NCBI GenBank assembly: GCA_965206845.1
Contig: OZ242221.1
Location: forward strand, 832,001 to 896,000
Length of the DNA: 64,000 nucleotides
Reading direction: 5' to 3'
Origin: Cenarchaeum sp.
GTDB lineage: Archaea > Thermoproteota > Nitrososphaeria > Nitrososphaerales > Nitrosopumilaceae
Shown: in pieces, positions 39,927-47,976 of the stretch
How positions within the stretch are numbered: the first letter of the stretch is position 1
Layout: every line of letters starts with the position of its first letter
Position numbers and translations under genes: made by a program
The notes under the pieces: generated by a model
Databases searched by the model: none
Seen by the model: the letters and a program-made list of their open reading frames with translations, nothing else
What the model was told of the DNA's origin: nothing

Positions 39927-40710
39927 GAGGGCAAAGGACGACGACATATCCAAGATGTATTCCGAGCTCTCAAGGAAGCGAGGGGGACGCGGGAACAGGC
40001 GCATCAGGCATGATGCCAAGGAAGGCGCTAACGGCGGGAGCAAAAGCGCGGACGGCGGGAACGGCAGCGGCAGCAGCAACAACACCAACGGCAACAACAG
40101 GGACAAGCCGAGGAAGCCAAAGTCAAGGGGCTACAAAGAGCTGCAGAGGAAGATCCGGAAGAAGCGCGAGAAGCTTGCCAACCGCCAGACGAACTGGGAG
40201 CGACACGCGTCTAAGAGGATAGCCGATGGCGCCGGCACCGTGGCCATGGAGGACCTCAACCTAAACAACATGACCGCCAAGGCCAAAGGCAAGGGAAGCT
40301 CGGCCAAGACCGGGCTCAACCGCGAGATGGCCTACTCCAAGCCGGGGACTTTCCAGCGGCAGATCAGGGGGGCGTGTGATAACGCTGGCGTGACGGTCAT
40401 AATGGTCGACCCCAAGGGAACGAGCACGACCTGCCACATGTGCGGCCACGCTGACGGGAACTCCCGGATATCGCAGGGGGAGTTCCAATGCACGAATGAC
40501 AAGTGTGACAATGACATCAACGCGGACATCAATGCCGCGCATAACATTGCCGCCAAGGCGGCAGGGCGGCCGGGAAGGTCGTCCAAAGGCGCGAGACACC
40601 AGCGCGGGATTGCTCCCGCGCGCTCTGTGAACCAGACGCGAGAACCAAGCGTGGGAGGGATTGCAAGAGCGCCAGAAAAAGGCAAGGGTACTGCGTACTC
40701 TTGTATATAA
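39892..40710 (+). pseudogene. tnpB: N-terminally truncated TnpB (RNA-guided endonuclease family)
   Basis: RuvC-II VAMEDL, K.GLNR, VDPKGTSTTCHMCG...FQCTNDKC, RuvC-III NADINAAHNI; RuvC-I and the N-terminal lobe are absent; first 12 codons come from the IS5 right end. Confidence 0.88.
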
Positions 40711-40735
40711 TTCCCTCATGAAAGGCTGGTGGTAA
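40560..40735 (+). ncRNA. Candidate omegaRNA (TnpB guide scaffold + flank-derived guide)
   Basis: Hairpins at 40564-40584, 40602-40621 and 40683-40703 between the RuvC-III codons and the right TIR, where TnpB omegaRNAs are normally encoded. Confidence 0.4.
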
Positions 40736-41213
40736 ACTCCTTCTCTATCAGGCTCCAGGAAGTCTCCACCGTGATTACCCCCTCGGCTGTGTAACGGACG
40801 CTGCTGCCGCTGGTTATCATGCCGTAGGTCTCCGTATTGGCAGGATCCAGGTTCAGTACGAACTTGCTCTTTAGCGGAATCTCAACACCAGAATAAAACG
40901 CAGCCCTTCCCGGCATGGCAATATCCTCGGTAGAATACTGCCCGGTGCCCATAAGGGTGCCGTCCGCATACAGGTCATAGGTTATCAGGGGAACGGTAAA
41001 CGTCTTTTCGCTGGGATTCCCTATGAGAAAGATCACCTCCAGCTCCGCCCTGTCATCAATGTTGTTTACCGCGATCACATCCACGCTCTCCAGATTGATG
41101 GTCACCTTTTCCAGCTCGGGGTTCTCAAGGCTGGCAAAGAACACAAACCAGCCCATCAGTGCCAGCAGGCCAGCGATGGCCGCATAGACTACCAGCTTGC
41201 TTTGAAGTATCAT
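40716..41213 (-). CDS. LEA-2/WHy-like domain membrane-anchored protein
   Basis: N-terminal TM; F.IGNPS....V..I.YDLYADG..MG.G; stop codon lies inside the TSD. Confidence 0.7.
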   Translation of the reverse strand: MILQSKLVVYAAIAGLLALMGWFVFFASLENPELEKVTINLESVDVIAVNNIDDRAELEVIFLIGNPSEKTFTVPLITYDLYADGTLMGTGQYSTEDIAMPGRAAFYSGVEIPLKSKFVLNLDPANTETYGMITSGSSVRYTAEGVITVETSWSLIEKEFTTSLS

Positions 41214-41334
41214 TCCCAACCTAGTGCTTGCCGAACCGCTAAAAAACCTTGCCAAGCAGCACGATCCTGCTGCGCGATACGCACATCCGGCACGCAATCC
41301 AAATACATAATATTCATCCGGGGTACCTGCAATC

Positions 41335-41829
41335 ATGCCGATAGAGGGTGCCATAATTACGTGGGCTCATCTGGTCTCTGCGGCCATATGGGTAGGCGGC
41401 GGAATATTTCTGGGAGCGGTTCTGGCTCCGGTTCTCAAGCACACGTCCCTCTCACTGGAAGAGAGGATCGGTCTCATGATCAGAGTGGGCAGGAGGTTTA
41501 ACATGATAGGGGTCCCTGCCCTTGGGGTGCTGATCGTGACGGGAATCTACACCTCGCGCGGCCTTCTGTCTCATCCGAATCTCCTGCTGGAGTCAAGCTA
41601 TGGCGTCTACCTCACGGTCAAGATGATTCTTGTGGTAGCGGTAATCATCACGTATGTGGTCCATGTCAGGGTGATCAACCGGAGTGTGGAGGAGAAGATA
41701 ATGTCAAAGGAGCTCTCCGAGGCCCAGGTGCAACGGGTACGAAGGAAGATCATCGTGCTGGGAGAGCTGGTTGCCGTAATGTCCGTGGCAATTCTGTTCT
41801 TTGCGGCCCTACTGGATGCCGGCGTCTGA
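41335..41829 (+). CDS. CopD-like membrane protein
   Basis: WAHLVSAAIWVGG, RRF, TG, YG..L.VK; four TM helices. Confidence 0.75.
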   Translation: MPIEGAIITWAHLVSAAIWVGGGIFLGAVLAPVLKHTSLSLEERIGLMIRVGRRFNMIGVPALGVLIVTGIYTSRGLLSHPNLLLESSYGVYLTVKMILVVAVIITYVVHVRVINRSVEEKIMSKELSEAQVQRVRRKIIVLGELVAVMSVAILFFAALLDAGV

Positions 41830-42831
41830 TCTTCCACTAATGCGGATCTCGTACCCGTCATATGTCCTGCCGACGCCGTACTTGCATCCGGTTATCTTGG
41901 ATGCCACGTAGAGGTTCGTCTCCAGGTGTTTTGAGATGCTGCCGATCCTGTATACCGTCGTGCCCTCTGCTATGCTGGCAGGCACCACAAGCATGTCTGA
42001 CAGGTTGATGTCCGTGCCGGGGGACTCAAGAAGCCTGCCGGATATGCCGGCGGGGAACCCCTCCCTGCCCATCAGTCCGTCGGATCCCGTTATGGATGCA
42101 GGATCCTGCGTGTGCACCATGACGGCAGCTCCCTTGTCTGCGGCCTCCTCCCCGCTTAGAAGCGTGTTGACCTGAAGGCCGCCACGCTCCAGCGTATCCA
42201 GCAGGGGCTGCACGCTCCGCGATATGGCATCCCGGGAGTACCCGCAGTACGTGCAGAACAGGTTTGCTATGCGGCCCGGCCTACCTGTCAGCGACACGGC
42301 GGCAACGCCTCTTGACGGATGCACCTCCAAGGAGATCCTGCCGCCCCCTCGCGGATAGTACCCGCGCCTCTTTACGTCCACAGAAAAGTTGATGCCCATG
42401 CGGGAGTATGCGGCGGCCAGCACGTACCTGGTGTAGTCCGTTGTGGGGCTCCACGACACGTCCGTTCCTCCCATAATGTCGAGTTTCAGCCTCTTGGAGG
42501 CGGCGGCCACCGGGACGATCAGGGTCTGCAGCACCAGCGGGATGGAGCCGGCGGTGCCGATATCCTGGCTCAGATCCATGCTCTGTACGGGGCCCGGCTC
42601 AAACTCCAGAACCTCCGAGCCTATCTCCAGCCCCTCCACCCGGGCGCCGCACACCCTGGCAAGCAGCCTGATTGCGGCAAGGTGTTGCGCCCTCAGGCCG
42701 GGCACCTTCCTGCCCCTCCTGATATTCACAATGCGCACCGGCGTTCCCGTTATGCAAGACAGCGTAACTGAGGTACGCAGTATCTGGCCCCCGCCCTCGC
42801 CGCGGGATCCGTCTATCTTTAGGCAGTCCAC
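41809..42831 (-). CDS. rtcA: RNA 3'-terminal phosphate cyclase
   Basis: DGS.GEGGGQILR, PGLRAQHL, GGTDV, RRGYYPRGGG, HLETN. Confidence 0.92.
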   Translation of the reverse strand: MDCLKIDGSRGEGGGQILRTSVTLSCITGTPVRIVNIRRGRKVPGLRAQHLAAIRLLARVCGARVEGLEIGSEVLEFEPGPVQSMDLSQDIGTAGSIPLVLQTLIVPVAAASKRLKLDIMGGTDVSWSPTTDYTRYVLAAAYSRMGINFSVDVKRRGYYPRGGGRISLEVHPSRGVAAVSLTGRPGRIANLFCTYCGYSRDAISRSVQPLLDTLERGGLQVNTLLSGEEAADKGAAVMVHTQDPASITGSDGLMGREGFPAGISGRLLESPGTDINLSDMLVVPASIAEGTTVYRIGSISKHLETNLYVASKITGCKYGVGRTYDGYEIRISGRSDAGIQ

Positions 42832-42868
42832 TATAGTTTTTTAACATGCGGCATATTAGAACCTCGGT

Positions 42869-43363
42869 GTGGACGGACTCCTTGTGGGACGGTTTCAGCC
42901 ATTTCATCTGGGGCACCTCAGCGCAGTGGACTTTGCCCTGGCCAAGACAGACACCCTGTGGTTGGGAATAGGAAGCTCAAACAAGACGCGGGAGAGGGAC
43001 AATCCCTTCTCTGCTGACGAGCGGCAGGAGATGATTGCCGAGTCCTTGGGATCCGTCAGATCCCCCAGAGTAAGGGTGTTTCCGATACCGGATGTGGACG
43101 ATCATCAGAGATGGATCAAGAGCATAGACGACGTGGTGCCCCGTTATGGGATGGTCTTTACCATAGACCGGCTGACTGCCCACCTGTACTCTGAGCGCGG
43201 CGTTCGGGTTGTCCGCGTCCCGCTTGTCAACAGGGATGCGCTGTCCGGCACAGGGGTACGGACCCTGATCCGGGATGGCGGCAGGTGGGAGCACTTGGTA
43301 CCCGATGGCACAAGAGAGGTTCTCCTGCGTTTGGACGCCAAGGAGCGCCTGGCCTCCCTTTAA
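42869..43363 (+). CDS. Nicotinamide-nucleotide adenylyltransferase
   Basis: GRFQPFHLGH, GIGS, NPFS..ER, SGT.VR, W..LVP. Confidence 0.92.
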   Translation: MDGLLVGRFQPFHLGHLSAVDFALAKTDTLWLGIGSSNKTRERDNPFSADERQEMIAESLGSVRSPRVRVFPIPDVDDHQRWIKSIDDVVPRYGMVFTIDRLTAHLYSERGVRVVRVPLVNRDALSGTGVRTLIRDGGRWEHLVPDGTREVLLRLDAKERLASL

Positions 43364-43406
43364 ATTATAAATAGTGCCTCAAAAGACGGCAAACAGGAGA
43401 TCATAC

Positions 43407-44552
43407 TTGGAATATCTAGTCATGTTGCCCGGCCCCACAAACGTTCCCGAGCGGGTCACGCGCGCCATGTACGTTCCCATGATAAACCACCGCAGCAACG
43501 ATTTTGTAGAGCTGTACGAGCAATGCGTCGAAAAGACAAAGGCCGTGTTTCAAACCCAAGGTGAGGCCGTGTGCCTCTCTTCGTCTGGCACCGGTGCCGT
43601 GGAGGCAAGTGTCGTCAATCTAATCAAAAAGGGAGACAAGGTAATAATTCCAGTCAACGGCGAGTTCAGCAGCAGGCTGTCACAGATGCTAGAATGGGCC
43701 GGGGCACAGGTGGTAAGGCTGACGACGCCCCTAGGCGAGAATGCCACGTTTGACCAGGTAAGGGAGGCATTTGACAACAATAAAGACGTCAAGGCGTTCT
43801 ACTGCGTCTGGAATGAGACATCCACGGGAACCATGCTCCGATACCTGGACAGGGTAAAAGACCTGACAGCCAGGAATGACTCATTCTACGTAGTGGACGG
43901 CGTGTCGATTGTAGGCGGCGAGGAGCTCCGTATGGACAAGTGGGGTGTTGATGTTGCAATGACCGGCGCACAAAAGGCCTTTGCCGCTCCGCCGGGGATC
44001 TCGCCCATATGCGTCAACGAGAGGACAAAAAAGTACATGACGGACAATCCGCCAAACACGATGTACTTTAACCTGCCAAGGTACTTCAAGTACTACAGCG
44101 AGTCAAAGCATACTCCGTTCACTCCCGCGCTTCCCCTGCTGTACGCATACAACGAGGCCATGAACATCATACTGGAAGAGGGACTGGATGCGCGGATAAA
44201 ACGGCACCGGGTCTGCTCCGAGGCCCTGTACTCTGGCCTGAGCGCAATAGGACTGACACCCTTTGCCAAGAAGGACTCGCGCTCTACTGTGGTAATTGCG
44301 CTGAACTATCTGGATGGGTTGAAGGATAGCACGTTTAGAAACACGCTAGCAGAAAAGTTCAGGGTGCTGGTTGCCGGCGGCTTTGGTGACCTGAAGGGAA
44401 AGGTATTCCGCGTAGGCTGCATGGGAGAGGTCAACAGGTACCATGTAATGAGAACCATCTCCGCCATCTCATCGACGCTGGCAATGATGGGATACCAGAC
44501 AGACTCCCGGGCGGGGCTGCTGGCAGCCGAAGAGAAGCTGGCCGCTCTCTGA
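43407..44552 (+). CDS. Class V PLP aminotransferase (serine-pyruvate/alanine-glyoxylate type)
   Basis: MLPGPT, SGTGAVEA, NETSTG, VDGVS, GAQKAFAAPPG, TPFTP, FRVG.MG. Confidence 0.92.
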   Translation: MEYLVMLPGPTNVPERVTRAMYVPMINHRSNDFVELYEQCVEKTKAVFQTQGEAVCLSSSGTGAVEASVVNLIKKGDKVIIPVNGEFSSRLSQMLEWAGAQVVRLTTPLGENATFDQVREAFDNNKDVKAFYCVWNETSTGTMLRYLDRVKDLTARNDSFYVVDGVSIVGGEELRMDKWGVDVAMTGAQKAFAAPPGISPICVNERTKKYMTDNPPNTMYFNLPRYFKYYSESKHTPFTPALPLLYAYNEAMNIILEEGLDARIKRHRVCSEALYSGLSAIGLTPFAKKDSRSTVVIALNYLDGLKDSTFRNTLAEKFRVLVAGGFGDLKGKVFRVGCMGEVNRYHVMRTISAISSTLAMMGYQTDSRAGLLAAEEKLAAL

Positions 44553-44943
44553 GACCAGCTCAATTCAGGCCACTAACCACGGATGTCCATGACGGCATGA
44601 ACGGTCATGACAATCTGCACACTAACGACGGTATTGCCGCGGTGTTTTTATGCGGATTTGTCATGTCGCATGCGGTAATGAAATCAATCGCCGCAACGGC
44701 ATCGGTAGCGGAAGCGGAACCTATCCCAGCAGCGGCGCCAGATACGATGCTTCGTACCATAAAAGCGGACTTTGACCGGTCCGAGATCCATCACCAAGAT
44801 AGAGTGGCTGCCTGCATCTTGTCTCGCTTGGCCGGGATCATGGGCAATATTGGGATTTAGGCCATCCGTTTGGTCCGTCTCAGATTGCGCTTGCTGCGCG
44901 CCAACTCTAAACTCTAATATAAGGAATTTCAACAACCACACTG

Positions 44944-45696
44944 TTGACTTTTCCCAGAGATTCCCTACTCTTAGTGGATTTTACCGCCACAATAAAAGGC
45001 AGCGACGTAATCGTCGATTCGACGAACAGGAGCCGGACGGGGGAAGACGCGCCGGATGATTTTGAACCGTCAGGATCCAGACTGGTATCTATCAGCAGTG
45101 TGGCATTTGCCGTCACCGAGGGGTTTAATGAAGCCCTGGCAGAGTCAGAGGTGGGTGCCACTCTCAGAGTGGAGGTGCCGCCAGAGAAGGGATACGGTAA
45201 GAGGGATCCCGGCAAGGTAAGAATGGTTCCGCATCGAAAGTTCGGCGACGATGCAGAAAAGATATCCGTGGGCGACTCGATCGTTCTGGACAACAAACCT
45301 GCAACCATACGCCATATCGGATCCGGCAGGGTCCAGCTAGACTACAACCACAAGTATGCCGGAAAGACCATCGTGTATGACGCAACCGTGTTGAAGTTCC
45401 TTCAGTCAGATGACGAAATAGTTGAGAGAATTATTGCCGAAAGGTTTCCACACAAAAACCTTCCAACCTTTACAATTTGCGATGGGGAGGCCACCATAGA
45501 CATCCCCCAGGAACTCTTCAGGCTAGAGGCTCTCGTGAGCATCAAGTATCTGACGCAGCTGGACATATTCGGTTTTACAAGCGGTCTGACCAAGCTGAGT
45601 TTCATCGAGTCGTTTGCCAACAAGAAGGCACAGTCCGCACCACCGCCAGGGGACGAGGCCGTACCGGCACAGGCGCCACAGTCCGCAAGCGCATAA
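44944..45696 (+). CDS. FKBP-type (SlyD-like, long archaeal form) peptidyl-prolyl isomerase
   Basis: VPPEKGYGKRDP, GRVQLDYNHKYAGKT. Confidence 0.88.
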   Translation: MTFPRDSLLLVDFTATIKGSDVIVDSTNRSRTGEDAPDDFEPSGSRLVSISSVAFAVTEGFNEALAESEVGATLRVEVPPEKGYGKRDPGKVRMVPHRKFGDDAEKISVGDSIVLDNKPATIRHIGSGRVQLDYNHKYAGKTIVYDATVLKFLQSDDEIVERIIAERFPHKNLPTFTICDGEATIDIPQELFRLEALVSIKYLTQLDIFGFTSGLTKLSFIESFANKKAQSAPPPGDEAVPAQAPQSASA

Positions 45697-45700
45697 TATC

Positions 45701-46729
45701 TCACAGAACCAACGTGCTTTCTGCTAGGGAGATGGCTTTCGTCTTTGTCATTTTTTTCTCCTTGAGAATGGTGTACCGTTCGGGCCTCATGTCCTGCGCC
45801 ATAACCAGCGCGCTGGCAAGCGTATCACGATCCAGCCCTATCTGTTCTGCCGTTGTTGGCGCACCCACGTCCCGCAGAGCTTGGGAGATCTTTTTCCAGT
45901 CCCGGCCATGAAGCTTTGCCATCATGATCGCGCCGATCCCACACTTTTCTCCATGCAGGCCAACCTCCGGCGCTATCTTGTCTAGCGCATGTGAGAACAG
46001 GTGTTCTGCTCCAGAGCATGGCCTGCTGCTTCCCGCTATGCACGATGCCACCCCGGCACTGATCAGGGCCTCGACTACCACCCTTGCGTCTATCCCACTC
46101 TTTGCAAATTTGGCCGCATTCTCCAGCACGATTCCTGCGCTCAGCATGGCCAAGCTCGCAGAATACCTGCCATAGTACTCTCCAGTCCTGTCCCGCCCCA
46201 GCTCCCAGTCACTAACGGCAATCACGTTTGCAATCAGGTCCCCGCACCCGCTGGACAGCAATCTCCGGGGGGCGCCCTTGATTATGTCAATGTCCACAAA
46301 CACGCCCAGGGGAGCTGTAGCCACCATGGAATGTGGCCTGTCGCCCTTCAGCGACACGAATGGGCTGGCAACGCCGTCATGGGAGGCCGCGGTGGGCACG
46401 CTGACAAAGGGCACCTTCAGATTGAATGCCAACATCTTGGCGGCATCCACCGCTTGGCCGCCGCCAATACCCGCAATGAGTCTGCTGTGACGCCGCATCA
46501 CCTGGTTCTCCAGTATCTTTAGGGCGCCCACCTCATTGCTTGGTGCCAGATGCCAGTCGTACCTGATTCCGCAGTCCTCTAGGGATCTCTCCACCCTGTC
46601 CTGAACCAGCTTCCTTACATTCACCCCGGAGATCAGGGCCATCCTGCCTGTCCTGCCAAGCGAGCGGACAAAACCTCCGATGCCGCCGATGTTCTTCTCG
46701 CCTATCACTATCAGCCGGGGGAGCTCCAT
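45701..46729 (-). CDS. egsA: sn-glycerol-1-phosphate dehydrogenase
   Basis: GIGGG, SVPTAASHDG.AS, GSSRPCSGAEHLFSHALD, LHGEKCG, RPERYTIL; start may be a few codons upstream. Confidence 0.95.
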   Translation of the reverse strand: MELPRLIVIGEKNIGGIGGFVRSLGRTGRMALISGVNVRKLVQDRVERSLEDCGIRYDWHLAPSNEVGALKILENQVMRRHSRLIAGIGGGQAVDAAKMLAFNLKVPFVSVPTAASHDGVASPFVSLKGDRPHSMVATAPLGVFVDIDIIKGAPRRLLSSGCGDLIANVIAVSDWELGRDRTGEYYGRYSASLAMLSAGIVLENAAKFAKSGIDARVVVEALISAGVASCIAGSSRPCSGAEHLFSHALDKIAPEVGLHGEKCGIGAIMMAKLHGRDWKKISQALRDVGAPTTAEQIGLDRDTLASALVMAQDMRPERYTILKEKKMTKTKAISLAESTLVL

Positions 46730-47336
46730 TGTATGAGATGATGTTGATTCCGGGGGTTTTCCCACCACGGGGCCATTGGGGGGCACTACGCCACCCCCCT
46801 GTTGGTGTGTGATTCCTTAGATAAGGGCACATTCTGTAGTAAAACGGCATCCAAGTCTGCCACGGGCATTATCCCTGCACGAACTATAAGAACATAGGGA
46901 ATTAATCTTATGTGCTCCGATCGAGGCATTCAGGAGATAGCAGTCATGGGACTGCCGCTCCTAGGGCAGGCTCGCCACGGACATCTCCGGCCACCCGGAC
47001 ACAGGCGGGTGCGGCCGGATGCAGATCCATGCATGCCGTTTTATCCAAACGCTGCGCCTGTGTTTTGGATCGCCTGCTTGCGCAGACCTTTTGTGGCAGG
47101 GCATGGGGGCGCCGTTAAGTGTGGCCGGTACCTACCGCACGGGTCTGTCCGCGGGGTGCCTGCCGGTTCAGCAGGGAGCCGGGTCTGCTCTGGCATCTCG
47201 GGCCGTTTCGTGAAGGTTTGGGCGTAGATGATGGCAGGTATGGTAGAACATGGGTGTTTGATCCCACACTCAATCACTAACAAAAAGTTATTTAAACGGG
47301 TGCTGTGCACCCAAGATAACTTTACAGGTGTATTTT

Positions 47337-47969
47337 TTGTCGAATAGTGTAGAAGAGAAGATTCTTCATGGAACAACCACGGTAGGTATCAGGGCCAGCG
47401 ATGGTATTATTCTGTGTGCGGACATGAGGGCAAGCGCAGGCTACTTTATCGCAAACAACAACACAATGAAGATCCAAAAGATTGACGACCATGCGGGACT
47501 CACCTTGGCAGGCGGTGTCGCCGACGCACAGAATATTGTAGACGTGTTGAGGTACCATGCAAACCTTCATCGAATTCAGAACCAGGAGGCCATGCCCATC
47601 AAGACCTTGACCAGACTCACGTCCCTGATCTTTCATCAAAACCGCGGCTACCCGTTCATAGCCGACATCCTGATGGGCGGATACGACAGAAATGGGCCTG
47701 CCCTCTTCAACATTGATATGTTTGGATCCGTCGAGGCCAAACCATACGTAACCACCGGCAGCGGATCGCCTGTGGCATACGGTACGCTAGAGGAGGCATA
47801 CCACGACGGCCTGACGGTGGGTGAGGCAAAGTCCATTGCGTTGCGCGCGGTAAAGGCGGCAATTGTTAGAAATATAGGCACCGGAGACGGAATCAATATT
47901 GCCGTAATAGACAAGAACGGCTTTCAGCTTCTGACCAAGGAGCAGAAGAAGGCAATTATTCAGCTATAG
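47337..47969 (+). CDS. psmB: Proteasome subunit beta
   Basis: Propeptide + HG-TTTVG, AD.RAS, GGVADAQ, TGSGS. Confidence 0.95.
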   Translation: MSNSVEEKILHGTTTVGIRASDGIILCADMRASAGYFIANNNTMKIQKIDDHAGLTLAGGVADAQNIVDVLRYHANLHRIQNQEAMPIKTLTRLTSLIFHQNRGYPFIADILMGGYDRNGPALFNIDMFGSVEAKPYVTTGSGSPVAYGTLEEAYHDGLTVGEAKSIALRAVKAAIVRNIGTGDGINIAVIDKNGFQLLTKEQKKAIIQL

Positions 47970-47976
47970 TGATTTA

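Larger units (their letters stand above)
38565..40715. mobile_element. TIR-bounded non-autonomous element (IS1595/IS6-like ends) carrying tnpB, disrupted by a nested IS
   Basis: Perfect 13-bp TIRs GGGAATTATATAC (38565-38577) / GTATATAATTCCC (40703-40715); 8-bp TSD TCATGAAA at 38557-38564 and 40716-40723. Confidence 0.85.

Noticed and set aside
38274-40723. tRNA-Val-integrated genomic island
   Set aside because: No integrase and no duplicated tRNA 3' end; the element has its own TSD 210 bp away
44597-44860. 87-aa ORF in the aminotransferase-FKBP gap
   Set aside because: No recognisable motif or clear promoter; probably spurious or decayed
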